Positions 45,601 through 54,500 of a stretch of DNA of 57,674 bases are shown piece after piece; the first letter of the stretch is position 1; every line of letters begins with the position of its first letter. A program made the translations under genes and the position numbers. Source of the stretch: an uncultured archaeon (lineage in GTDB: Archaea; Altiarchaeota; Altiarchaeia; IMC4; SCGC-AAA252-I15); assembly GCA_902384455.1 (NCBI GenBank), contig CABMCB010000010.1:1-57674 (forward strand), in the 5' to 3' direction. The notes beneath the pieces were generated by a model that was not told the origin of the DNA, did no database searches, and saw only the letters and a program-made list of their open reading frames with translations.

Positions 45601-46601
45601 AGTGGGCGCTCAATCTCGGTCTTCAAATGCGTGTCAATCGCGTCTGCCGCCGTTCCCGGGGAAGTAATCTTATTGTCCGTGTCGTTGTTCAAAATCGACT
45701 TCAAATCATCGCTGACGCGCCCGATTTTGTCGCCGATTACTCGACCGCCTTTACCGGAAACCTTCGTAGCGCGTTGTACAGCGGTATTGAAGTTATCTGT
45801 TTTTCCGATAGCCGCCCCAACTTTATCAAATGTAGCCTGCCGCATTGCCTTGAATCGCGCTACATCCGAACGAACACCCTCTGGTAATTCATTCACTGGA
45901 CGAGAAAGTGCGTCAGATATTTTTCCTTCGTGAGCGCCCGCCAGCATCGTCCAGCCCGCCGCATTCAAACGACGTTCCAACGCATCCGCTGGTGATTCTC
46001 CCGGCTGTTGACCCTTAATAATTTCTGGTATTTGGGTTGCCGCAATAGCCCCACCGGCTGCTCTTCCGCCGCCGACAAGAACCTTGGCCGCAGTCAGGCC
46101 AGCGGGGCCTGCTTTGCTCAATGTGTTAGCCGCCGCTCCTGTACCGAACAACATAATCGACAACGGAGATGAAAGACTAGACAGAACCCCCGCAGTGCTA
46201 TCCATCACCCCTTGTTGCAACGTATCTAAATCAATGTTGCCGAAACCGGGAATATGAGCGACCGGGTGAACGTGTTGTGTGAGTACATCTCCGTACTTCC
46301 CGGTTGCAGAAGCACGCTGCATCACATCCTTTACGGTGTCTTTAGAAATCAGTCCTTGGTTCACCCAATTCCACAGCTTATGGATGCCGCCGGTTTCTTC
46401 GGGTTGAACGACAGTCTTTTCAGTTTGAGGTGGTGTTCCGGTGCCGGTGACAGGACTGCTGTCAACAGAGATACCCGCAGGAACAGATAAAGACTGTTGG
46501 TGCGGTTGGTCTACCGAGATACCCGCAGGCGCTGAGGACTGATTCTGTATCTCTGAATCGAGTGTAATCCCAGCGGGTGCTGTAATCTGGTTGTCAGTCA
46601 T
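39612..46601 (-). CDS. Large polyvalent internal virion/ejection protein (2329 aa)
   Basis: Last large gene of the podoviral ejection series; two HExGH metallopeptidase motifs, several small domains, and a C-terminal domain with SPQ...KVRNFY...VTVDTH...QLQSIVW. Confidence 0.75.
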   Translation of the reverse strand: MTDNQITAPAGITLDSEIQNQSSAPAGISVDQPHQQSLSVPAGISVDSSPVTGTGTPPQTEKTVVQPEETGGIHKLWNWVNQGLISKDTVKDVMQRASATGKYGDVLTQHVHPVAHIPGFGNIDLDTLQQGVMDSTAGVLSSLSSPLSIMLFGTGAAANTLSKAGPAGLTAAKVLVGGGRAAGGAIAATQIPEIIKGQQPGESPADALERRLNAAGWTMLAGAHEGKISDALSRPVNELPEGVRSDVARFKAMRQATFDKVGAAIGKTDNFNTAVQRATKVSGKGGRVIGDKIGRVSDDLKSILNNDTDNKITSPGTAADAIDTHLKTEIERPLLEKAGATRDSTEPVVPNFEDRLRERLDKFFDDNRGRYGSEVAREAADKVVERVMQTEDHGDGLTVRRAPNLYEAENARQGLNEEGKASFTDDKTNLPANAYRAAANEANNFMRETIDESYDAKGIGGVKEARQKEADLIDIRDGLRNAQAALDKMDLKAKSTVLGKLFEYGKTAGIVGGLLGHFLTGPIGAIAGGAELWRRVYEDNAKDTQGNLERAQNLAGREPGAQATTPTDVPPQQGAVPPPPQPPAPKGLPPVPQPPTPVTAPEVNHRLNGALASYYGEFLGDTPYKDNLQKFSNEVADMKQDIANKGGKYSQAQIDKAMDLQSKINEQHSIENEQVEKANKAANDKYQKDLLKYQEKYKAAIAKEEAARAAKAAEQANAAGADERVAHGPVLRALDPAADITGVSSHTTDQIHGHEHGHIMGYVAEGLDPFQMISEHHPDAQRAGAAAAVQADITGAKEGFDGLKQRVTAILSGPAFDEVHNGIKKGDNVAARDDFRRAREILRDEGGITSGTTLDNVIDALYERAKEHVSNPEALALVEANKGLREVGLHKNYHISAGRMAEYVKKLKGAYRNETSIPDGDGEGEGANGTSQAGVEEAGRTGKDKSASGQGVQSEASRKTDEGKEQSNLSHGVMQGLAESRKETASEPTHEEKTPAAEAPNYLHDVVDKERKNIEQSNLKKKVEEHALPREFNVEYDTAEGPRQDKVSAHSMQEAIEIAKKEQPDAKGFSVNQGAEPGPIPYSVPTGSHLSTPDSRVARTRGLEPENLLLGTMRHELGHALVGMNEGLVQTGILRHTHPDVPNTVNAAVRWSTANLADLWRSAMRGALVIKSEHMPTILRALAGGIAADEAFSDTPREANRNNNSRLSGSDAHQAIGLIMAHGVSFPEASRMFNEAIDDAKTHLTRPEISDILNQNAGTREKGLSRQYHYSPERLNAMAAEVKRRLGAQNEPVSGTGEPNNGQVGGGGDQGGAVGTGGTQGRGEGGIGESVSNQVRTPPEHTTGHEGEDDIIRKAGGIPGGRLGGNEAWAVRMFHDPTSGTTLAFGPNETITPDTVKAKLDASREAYRKGDEANAARASQFEQSNLSKTKAKDVLDKIKERYGVTDNAAAVKNQHSFITPEGQFVHLEGTQHGDAIAESGGGNSNEKNGWDNRPEFVNKSGAVRVHGYNNRSGENLSFSVPAGGVSLEQLDSIRRATAEGLSRNGNLNIERADVKADTKDQLSKQKSFPRGGDVDQMLRDIKAHPSQMEQANANKNAPAGWITSEGEFKDLEHGYHEADAQMYSKADNALEDLINKGWIRKAGQGAYDVGSLNSSTLQAIESDLRKDQRDFAAGNVYGVPLTDVIIGTPKGDVEIPVTSLREHKFDLIKAAPALKHLYTAEKANAVKAPRWAQQAEESNKEGGFTVNPETGEVPTEGYMNEMFPEKRRVLDHPATAEDIASFAKDNKALLAQHPELHVGGYGNELNISSRFSNQEDAETAAKNLDQKSIWDVKNQKEIMTGGKGEQTSFPDYTTEARLADLSGRSNEEFNPEKQQLISTRVPTSKDATENHLEGEPLVINREAINSATALRDNKTLAQRMADKIKEIPGVKGVANLKDPQKVMDKFVDHVSVNLKKLYNQVPQERRDANAKWYESANKLAQDLADKYGRTPEQMSAVIAAMSPQKDWDMNVGLAKRVANIYHTKADIVMTPEMEAKAKSLTDVDEEGKTLNPGLTAILDNIRGKSLNELHDPIEKAAWIRIYDEAHNPRSYQHIDPATGDEKETVMAAKGPAGIAWGSLNEIGNAVSVLENGSRENISNHLGGSHKVRNFYNNILDPNNPAGHVTVDTHAVAAGLVRALGGKSDEVLNNFGRIGSAETGVKGMYPLYAEAYRKAAAQLGIQPRQLQSIVWEEVRNMFPVTLKLASASIKKTGNAKIDKAAEVNAAGVHVKAIDQIWRDYAAGKQTLDKTHQLVSQYAQDVRNSLDRTKPAMAAGRKVKAQQFLDFLKGE

Positions 46602-46607
46602 GATATT

Positions 46608-48506
46608 TTACTGTGCTCCCTGTGTTTTCGGTTGCGCTGGCTGAACGAACGGCGAACCGTCTTTTGAATTGAACCAATCCCTTCCGTTCATTGAATAAAC
46701 TGCGCCTTTGTTTCCGGTCTTCACGGCGGATGGGGGAATCTTACCGGCTTCCGCATACTCCGTGCGGTAATCCACTTCATGCTGCTTACGGGCGTCGCCG
46801 ATTGAGATGAAGTCATGTCCATTCTTATCATACATCATTTTATCATCCGACAAGTGGTTATTATTTGCATTCAACAAAACGTCGTTGCGATACTTGATGT
46901 ACGCCGCGCCTTGTAAACGCTGCGCCAAGTCCGATGCTTCTTGCAACGACTCTGGCGGCAGCGTGCCGCTTGATGCCTTGTCCATCAAAACGTTCCAACG
47001 ACGGTACAGCGAACCAACGCGAGGACCGGCTGCCTCGACTTCCGTCTGGTTGATACGGTGAACGCCTGCGGATGTAGTTACGCCCAACGCGCTGAACAAC
47101 GGGGCCATTGATGTTGCGAGTTGGTCGCCGTTCTTTGCAGCAGAAACGTTTGCCAAAATTGTATCGCGCTCTCTAGAGACATCCGAGAACTTGTCTGAGT
47201 CCTTCAATAACTTCTGCGTGCCGACTTGCTCGGTGCGGTCCAATGCCTTATCCTTACGGTTATTTGCTTCTTCCAAACGCTTTTGGGCGAGTTCCGCAGC
47301 CTTAGCGCGCTCCGCCGCGATTACAGTCGGCGTGTAGTAGGTCGTCACGTCTGACGCGAATTGAGCCGCTTGCTGCTTTTGTTCCGGCGTCTTCGCAGTA
47401 GCGGTCATGCGCTCCGCATAATCTAGCATGTCGAGCGGTTTTCCACCGGATGCCGCGATTGCAAGAGACAAACGCAGGCCTGCCGCGTTACGCTCCTGTT
47501 TTTCTTTCGTGTCTTCTGCCGCCTTATCGGCCTCGCTCATATTCTTGCGATTTTCTTGAATGACCTTTTGGGTCACGAGGTCCGCAGCTTGGGCAGCCTT
47601 GGCTTCCTTCACTGCTCGTACGTAAGTACTGCCCGGAAAAGTACTGCCAGCTTCGTAGACCTTGCCGTCTGTGCCGTGGTTCGTGAGAAGCTCAGCGGTA
47701 GATTTGTTTAACTTCACGGCTTGAGGGACAGCCCCATAAAGAGTGTAAGTTGGGCGCAAGAACTCGTTGCCGTGCTGGTCAAAAGTCGGCGTAAGTCCGT
47801 CTTTGACGGCAGTGACCTGACCCTTAACATCGCTGTTTTGCGAGTCCGCATACCATGCCTGCAACTGGTCTGAGGTCATTCCAGAGTGTAGCTTCGGGGT
47901 ACCAACTGTGTCCAAATCACCGGCAATCGCTTTATCGTACTCCAACGCCTTACGCTTGTCATCTGAGTCTGCATGACGCAGTGTTTGCTCCCCGATTAAC
48001 GTCTGCATTTGCGCGTGGGCATAATTGATTTGGTCGTTCTTCAAACGTTCTTGATTCTCAAACTGTTGCTGTTTTTCCTTGTCAAGACGCTCATTACGGG
48101 CGTTTAAGGTTCTTGCTACGCCGCCAAGCCAGCCTCCGCGCCCTCCATTGTTAGCCGCTGCCGCATCACCCAGTCCGGCTGCCGCCGCGCTCAATGCGCC
48201 GCCTAACTTATCCCTGAATGAGCCCGTCCCACCGGCGGGGGCCGCTGGTTGGTCCTTCGACACGAGGTGGTCAATGAACGCGGATGCCATTTTATCAACC
48301 GGGTGGATGTCTGGGGCTTCTCCCACGTCTTCGTCGCCAGCGGGCCTGTTTGGGACCTGTGCCGCAGGAACGCGGCCTACACCTGAGTCGTAGGTGTTAC
48401 CTTGTGGGCCGTTAAAACCCGTCGGCTGGGGTCCCGTCGCAGCTTGCTTACCGAGAGCCTCATCAATCGTTTTTTGCACATCTGGTGGCAGGGGAAAATC
48501 AGTCAT
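46608..48506 (-). CDS. Internal virion/DNA ejection protein (632 aa)
   Basis: Ala/Gln/Gly-rich and helical; positional equivalent of T7 gp15/P22 gp20. Confidence 0.6.
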   Translation of the reverse strand: MTDFPLPPDVQKTIDEALGKQAATGPQPTGFNGPQGNTYDSGVGRVPAAQVPNRPAGDEDVGEAPDIHPVDKMASAFIDHLVSKDQPAAPAGGTGSFRDKLGGALSAAAAGLGDAAAANNGGRGGWLGGVARTLNARNERLDKEKQQQFENQERLKNDQINYAHAQMQTLIGEQTLRHADSDDKRKALEYDKAIAGDLDTVGTPKLHSGMTSDQLQAWYADSQNSDVKGQVTAVKDGLTPTFDQHGNEFLRPTYTLYGAVPQAVKLNKSTAELLTNHGTDGKVYEAGSTFPGSTYVRAVKEAKAAQAADLVTQKVIQENRKNMSEADKAAEDTKEKQERNAAGLRLSLAIAASGGKPLDMLDYAERMTATAKTPEQKQQAAQFASDVTTYYTPTVIAAERAKAAELAQKRLEEANNRKDKALDRTEQVGTQKLLKDSDKFSDVSRERDTILANVSAAKNGDQLATSMAPLFSALGVTTSAGVHRINQTEVEAAGPRVGSLYRRWNVLMDKASSGTLPPESLQEASDLAQRLQGAAYIKYRNDVLLNANNNHLSDDKMMYDKNGHDFISIGDARKQHEVDYRTEYAEAGKIPPSAVKTGNKGAVYSMNGRDWFNSKDGSPFVQPAQPKTQGAQ

Positions 48507-48521
48507 TTCATCCTCTATACT

Positions 48522-48550
48522 ACTATATCACAAGATTGGGCTATTGTCAA
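48522..48550 (-). promoter_or_regulatory. Sigma70-like promoter inside the virion arm
   Basis: Minus strand reads TTGACA, 17-nt spacer ending TGA, then TATAGT. Confidence 0.8.
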
Positions 48551-48556
48551 GAAAAA

Positions 48557-48766
48557 CTATTCTGCCGCACGGGCAGCCTGCGCCAGCTTATACGAGGACC
48601 TTTGACGAGCCTCGTTGGCGTTGCCGATACCGCGCTGGACAGCATTAGAGAGCGCCGTACCTAGTGTGCTAACCTTGTCGAGCGTTGAAGACTTGTCGTC
48701 TGTCTTCTTCGTCGCTGGTTCCGGGGCATCCTGTAAGTGCCCGTCTTCGTTAATCATTACACTCAT
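48557..48766 (-). CDS. Small putative virion protein
   Basis: ATG at 48766 after AGGGGA; 69 aa. Confidence 0.55.
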   Translation of the reverse strand: MSVMINEDGHLQDAPEPATKKTDDKSSTLDKVSTLGTALSNAVQRGIGNANEARQRSSYKLAQAARAAE

Positions 48767-48767
48767 G

Positions 48768-49388
48768 TTATCCCCTGACTGACTTCGCAATATTTCCCGC
48801 GCTGCCCGCTAATGCGGTTGCGAAGCCCGCGATGTCTTGACCGACGGCGTTGTTCTGCTGGTTGATGTCCGACGCCTGTTGATACGATTGTGCATTCTCA
48901 CTAATCGCGCCCGACTGTACCGCGCTCGGATTATATTGTTCCGCCAGATTTTCCATTCCGCCGACACTGCGCCAGTAATTCTGCTGGCCTAAATTGAAAT
49001 CGGCTTGAGCAATCTGATTCTGAGAAGTCGCCAGTTGATTTGCTGACTGAGAACCGATAGCAGACTCGATTTGCTTCGTGATGCCGGAAGTGACGCCGGA
49101 GGTTCCTCCACCCCCCTGTCCTGCGCCGTATGTACGAGCTGCTTGCTGTGCCGAAATGTTAGCTGCCCCCGCAGCATTAATGGCTTGAGTATCCAGCGCG
49201 GCTTTATCCGCCGCCGTGAAGCCGTGTTGCCCCGGCCCACCCCCGAAAACTGATGAGAGCCCTGCGCTCAGTTTAGATAAAACGCCCTGTCGGTCGCCGA
49301 ATAGCTGGCTAAACTTATCCTGTAACAAATTGGAAAAAGACTGCGAAGATGCTTGAATCGCGTTCATCGCGCTGCTGGGTCCGCACAT
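48768..49388 (-). CDS. Small DNA ejection (pilot) protein
   Basis: MCGP N-terminus; Gly/Ala/Gln/Ser-rich; position equivalent to T7 gp14/P22 gp7. Confidence 0.65.
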   Translation of the reverse strand: MCGPSSAMNAIQASSQSFSNLLQDKFSQLFGDRQGVLSKLSAGLSSVFGGGPGQHGFTAADKAALDTQAINAAGAANISAQQAARTYGAGQGGGGTSGVTSGITKQIESAIGSQSANQLATSQNQIAQADFNLGQQNYWRSVGGMENLAEQYNPSAVQSGAISENAQSYQQASDINQQNNAVGQDIAGFATALAGSAGNIAKSVRG

Positions 49389-49822
49389 TATTGTTGTTCC
49401 TCGAAATCCAGCCGGTAGTCATCGCTTCCGACCGACTTAAATCCATGATGTTTTTGCATGAATGCAATCAACGACGGGCTGACGGAGTTAAAGACGATGC
49501 CTTTAAAGCAGCGGTCTGCTCGATACAAGGCAATCAATCTCCTCATGCACTCAAGCATCCCCACCACCAATCTATGCCGAGACACGACCGAGCGGGGCGC
49601 AAACTGCGTGTGGAGACGAATATACTCACCTTCCACGTCCAAACGAACGTAGCTCAAGGGGCCGCGAGCATCCATCAAACAGAAAGCGAGCAAGCTGCTA
49701 TTTTCGGTCAGCCACCACTCCGGCTGATTTTGATGAGAATGATACGGGTCGTGTTGAGTCCACTCCTCAATTTGCGGAATGTCGCCGAATACGGACGGAG
49801 AAAAACTGATAACCGCCCCCAT
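49388..49822 (-). CDS. GNAT-fold-like virion assembly protein
   Basis: 144 aa; LIAFMQKHHGF resembles the GNAT C-terminal motif; position equivalent to T7 gp13. Confidence 0.5.
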   Translation of the reverse strand: MGAVISFSPSVFGDIPQIEEWTQHDPYHSHQNQPEWWLTENSSLLAFCLMDARGPLSYVRLDVEGEYIRLHTQFAPRSVVSRHRLVVGMLECMRRLIALYRADRCFKGIVFNSVSPSLIAFMQKHHGFKSVGSDDYRLDFEEQQ

Positions 49823-51576
49823 TATAGCATCTCCGCTCTTACGTGAACGTTGTAGGTCATGGCCGTTGCTCCTGTAGATGCGTACGCCGTTAAGTTTCCC
49901 GTTTGAAGTTGTACAGCGACGCTTGCCTTAGCGTAAATGATTAAGCTTCCTGTAACCATTGTTTGAAGCGTGTTCGCCGAGGGCGTCGCCGAAACAAAGC
50001 TAGCGGTTTGTGCCGCACTATTATTTCCGTCCGTCCATTGAATCTGGATGTTGGGGAGCGTCGAAGATGTGGTTGCTGCCACTCCCACGGTAACGGTGAA
50101 GTTGATTCGGTATATCCCCGCGACTGTCGGCGTAAAGATTGTAGACGCCGCGATGTTTGCTGTTGCATTTCCGAAATTGTATGTCCCCGGAATGGTTGTC
50201 AGGCCGTTGGAAACGAGCGGGACGCTGTTATATTGAGAAGCTAATCCGACGCCAGCCAAGTCAGAGTAATCTGGTTGTACAACCGTGATTGCAGACCCGG
50301 TGCTGGCTTGATGAAGAAATAACCCGCCGCCGCCTGTTGATGAGAGATTGGCTCCGGTTCCACCGGAGTCTACTCTTAATGTACCTCCAACGCCGCCGTT
50401 TCCTGTTTGTCCTAACTGAATAGGCGGAATCATCGCAGAATCGAGGTTTCTGAATAGCGGCTTATTGCTACCGGAAGGAAAAGACCCGAACTCAAGGATA
50501 ACCAAATTTCGAGAGAACGCAGGAACTGCCGTCCCTGAGAAATTGGCCGTTACAGTGTTTGCTCCACCTTTACAATTTGGGGCAATAAAAATTGTCTGTT
50601 CTGCTCCGGTTGCAACCGGCGACGCTGTGTAAGGGGCAGAGCCACTAGAAAGAATTTGATACGAATTGCCGTTGCTATCGGAACAAGAGAGACTCTCTAA
50701 TGGATTCCCAGAACTTGTTTCTTGGAGAATAACAACGAGAGTGTTCCCTGCTATATTTCCGGCGGGGAAGGCAAGAGTAAAAGTATGCAGGGCACTACTG
50801 CTGTTCGCTTGCTGAACTAGAGAAGGTTGAGGCCCGTTAAAAATAGCCAAACAAGCGGCGTAATTTGACGCGGCTGCAATGGTCTGACTTGCTGTAACAG
50901 GAGCCGTTCCAGAAATGGCTCTCCAAAATATGTTTTGTCCGTTACTGGTGATGATGGTGGTCCAACCAGCAGGAGCACCTAATGAGTTCGTACCGGATAT
51001 GCTAGAATACAACCCGAATGTGCTTGCTGTCTTTGGAGTAGCGGTTACAGTAAGATTGGTGGTATTTAACTGAACATTCTCACCTACCGCCTGCAATCCC
51101 GTTAAACCGGGACCGGGCGCAGCGAATACGGTGTTTGTGGGCTCAGAACTCCAATCTAACCCGATGACGCCGTTGCTGGTAAGGGGAGAGTTAGTAACAA
51201 TGACTTCCGAGGGAGCGGAAATACCAACGGATGTTAAGCCACTCGATGTTCCACCGCCGCCTCCTCCACCGCCGATAATCTGCTTCACAATGGTGGTTGC
51301 GCCGGTGTTAACCGTGCTCTGAACCGCCGCATTGGTAACCGGATTGCCTTGCAGACCGAAGGGCATCAACGAAAACTTAGGAATGGCCGGGGTCCCAACC
51401 TCCGTTCCTACGAAGGTCTTATCATGCTGCAAAGCTGGCGGCATGCTGCCAGAAAACAACGACGGCATCGCGTTCGGGAGCGGAGGCGCAGACGGGCTTT
51501 GTGCTTGAGAAACAGACGCGGCGGGCGTCCAGTTTTCTGGTACTTCGTTCTCTGAGATGAGGTTTTTGTTAGGCAT
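49822..51576 (-). CDS. Tail fibre/spike-like structural protein
   Basis: Ser/Thr/Gly-rich beta composition, poly-Gly hinge, LTSVGISAP and GTLRVDSGGTGA fibre-type motifs. Confidence 0.65.
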   Translation of the reverse strand: MPNKNLISENEVPENWTPAASVSQAQSPSAPPLPNAMPSLFSGSMPPALQHDKTFVGTEVGTPAIPKFSLMPFGLQGNPVTNAAVQSTVNTGATTIVKQIIGGGGGGGGTSSGLTSVGISAPSEVIVTNSPLTSNGVIGLDWSSEPTNTVFAAPGPGLTGLQAVGENVQLNTTNLTVTATPKTASTFGLYSSISGTNSLGAPAGWTTIITSNGQNIFWRAISGTAPVTASQTIAAASNYAACLAIFNGPQPSLVQQANSSSALHTFTLAFPAGNIAGNTLVVILQETSSGNPLESLSCSDSNGNSYQILSSGSAPYTASPVATGAEQTIFIAPNCKGGANTVTANFSGTAVPAFSRNLVILEFGSFPSGSNKPLFRNLDSAMIPPIQLGQTGNGGVGGTLRVDSGGTGANLSSTGGGGLFLHQASTGSAITVVQPDYSDLAGVGLASQYNSVPLVSNGLTTIPGTYNFGNATANIAASTIFTPTVAGIYRINFTVTVGVAATTSSTLPNIQIQWTDGNNSAAQTASFVSATPSANTLQTMVTGSLIIYAKASVAVQLQTGNLTAYASTGATAMTYNVHVRAEML

Positions 51577-54500
51577 TAGGTCTCAACTATCAGACGGCCA
51601 AACACCGTCACGCTGTATAACTCATCCGCATTACTGGTTGTCCCAAAATCCACCTTGATTTGAAGGTGACGACAGCGTGCCAGATATGCATTAGCGTCAA
51701 AATAGTAGCGGTTCGGACTATATGTCGAGGGAGACAAAGTATCTCCGTACAGCGACGGCGGGTCAAATTGCGGAACTCCCGCAGCCCCGTTTACGAACGA
51801 CGTGAAAGTACCGCTAATCTCGTTCAACAAATAACTGATTGTCGGCTGGTACAAAACGCCGGAGAAATCGAACTCCAAGAATTTGAGAAGCGCCAACTGG
51901 CCCGGGTGAGCCAGCGTGATGCTGCCCATAACGAAGTTCGCGTCATACGCCACGCCGTCGTCCGTGAAAATAGACAAGCTTCGACGCAATATTTTCTTAC
52001 CCGGCAGCTTTCCACCCACAAGCAACTGCTTTATACCCGGGGAGGTTTCAACAGATTGAACCATCTGGCATCCGTTAGTTATGTTCGCGTAAGGAGACCA
52101 AATCGGCTCCGGTCCTTGAGCAGCACCCGGAACTTGGTGCGGATTCAAGCGATACCACCCGGTACTGCCGTCACCGACGAAGATGCAGTTGTCGATTCCG
52201 TTTTGATGTACAGCAACATAAACTTGTTTAGGGTTCCATGTAGTATCGGATACACCGCTGGACGGGAGATTAGCAAATTGGTCTCCGAGAGGGAAACCAA
52301 AGTTAGACAAATTCAATGACGGAGTAATCACCCGAAACGCGTTGTCGCTTGAGAAGAAATATATCTCCCCTGCAAAAACGTCCAAGGCGTTATAACTTAA
52401 AAGTCCGACGCCGGGAGCCATCGTTACCGAGAAGAAGGTTGCGGTCGCAGGTCCGCCGCCAATCATCTCGATGCTGTCCGTCAAAAATGTTACGATGCCT
52501 TGAGGCGTCTTAACGAGGCGGACCACCGGCGCAAGAAACGGAAGCTCGTCGGCAGGATTGAATGCCTCATTGGGATTGCCTGTGGAAACATCCGGCCCTC
52601 CCGAAAACTGAACGCTCTCTCCGTTCGCTCCCCAGATTCGCTGATAGTTATAAACCATCGGCAAGAAAGTGGAAGGAGGCGGATTGTTAGCGCTATTTAT
52701 CGGCGCAGGAATAAGCACGTTCAAACCCGGGAAACCGCCGGACGCGACGCTCGGCAAATAATCGTTGAATGACCACTGGGATACGCCCGCAAGAGCCGGA
52801 ACGTTGGGAATTTCCGTCAGTTCAAACATGGTGCCGGAACCAGACGCGGTATCAGCAGAGCGCCAAATTATAATCGTGTCCACTTGGGGGTCCGGCGAAT
52901 AAATGCCCTTGATTGTATTCACTGCTCCCGGGTTCGCACCAACAATTTGATTAACGGGAGATGCCGTAGATATTGCGTTAGTTCCACTCCCCAGCGGTGC
53001 GCCGAGGGACACGCTTCCCGGAGGCGTCTGTCCCCCGCCTAAAGGCGCAGGAGAGTAAAAGTCGATCACAGACCGAGACTTGTAGCTGTATGCGTAAGCC
53101 AAGCCGAAGGACCACGCAAGAGAGTTTGCAGAAACAGCGGCGACGGTCTGCCATGTGGCTTGGGGGCTGGTTCCGTCTGTGACCGTCGAGCCGATAGTAA
53201 CCGGCCAAGCTGGTGCGGAGCCGCCCGATTTACCCGACTGAATAATAGCTTGCACGAATCCGCTGGCATCCACGAAAGAGCCGCCGAACGCCTCGCTCGG
53301 CCCCGGCGGTTGAAAGCCGACGGTCGGCAGGTTCCAAATCTGAGTTGCGGCCCACGGCACGTTTTGTCCCACGCAAGTCCAAGTGATGCCGGTATCGACT
53401 GTTGTTGAGCCGTAGCCGGTCGCCCAAGGATTAAACGTAGCGGTTGCTGAGTGTGTCTCCACCACTCCGCCGGGGTTGTTTACAACGATTGCTGTAGATG
53501 TTGCGCTGATAACCGAAAACGTTCCGTTGTTACCAGCATTCGTAAATCCGCTAAAAGCAACTTGGTCGCCCGGATTCGGTGTGAACGCATACCCGGTGCC
53601 GTAAGTGTAGGTTGTCTGAGTGCCCGAAACAGAGGTGGTGATGCTGACAGTGGTTGCAAGTGCAGTTCCCGGCTGGTGGGCCGAGGTAAGACCGCTTCCG
53701 GTACTCTTCACGCAGACTTGGAAGTTGGTGCCGTCAAAGACGCACCCGAACGGTAATCCTTGTGCAGACCAAGGCACGTAGCCGGTGGTAGCCGCCCAAG
53801 CCGCCGTACCGAGACACAACCACTTTACTTGGCCGTCGTCCTTGGTCGCTCCGAAACCAGCGTTTGCTGGGAACGGCGAGTAGCCGGATGACGACAATCC
53901 GCCGGTGGTCGGGACCATCAAATAAACGATGGTGCCGGTTGCAGCAGGAAGATTTCCAGTTAAAACAAAGCCCGGTGTTCCGTTCAAAATGGACGCCGAC
54001 GAACCGCCAGCGGACCATCCCGTGTACGTATGCGACGGCTTCCAGCGCATTGCAGCCGTTTGTGCCGGGGTGTTATAACTACCGATTGCAAACCAGTGGG
54101 TGTTGTTGTTGAAGTAGCCCCCCGACGGGCCGGGGTATGCACCGCTGAAAGCCGGGAGAGAAGACCCGGTATTTCCTAGACCACCGGAATTTTTGTAGTT
54201 ACCGTAAATAACATTGACCGCAGTTCCAGCGCCGGGTTTGGAATAGTTTTCTCCCCCGACTCCCGCAGACCCCAAGTCCGTGTAATACGTGCTCGGTAAA
54301 ATAGGAGACACAGGACCTAAGTTTGTCCACGTCACAGCGCCGTCAACAATTGTTGCGCCTTCTGCTGTCGGCCAGTTTGGTTCCCCGTTCCCGGTGGTTC
54401 CGAATTGCGCGGTCGCGGTATTAGTGCCGTCCGCGTTAACGCCGATAACCTGCCAAATCTGAGGAGTTGCGTTCGTGTCCTTCGTCAAACCCATCGTCGA

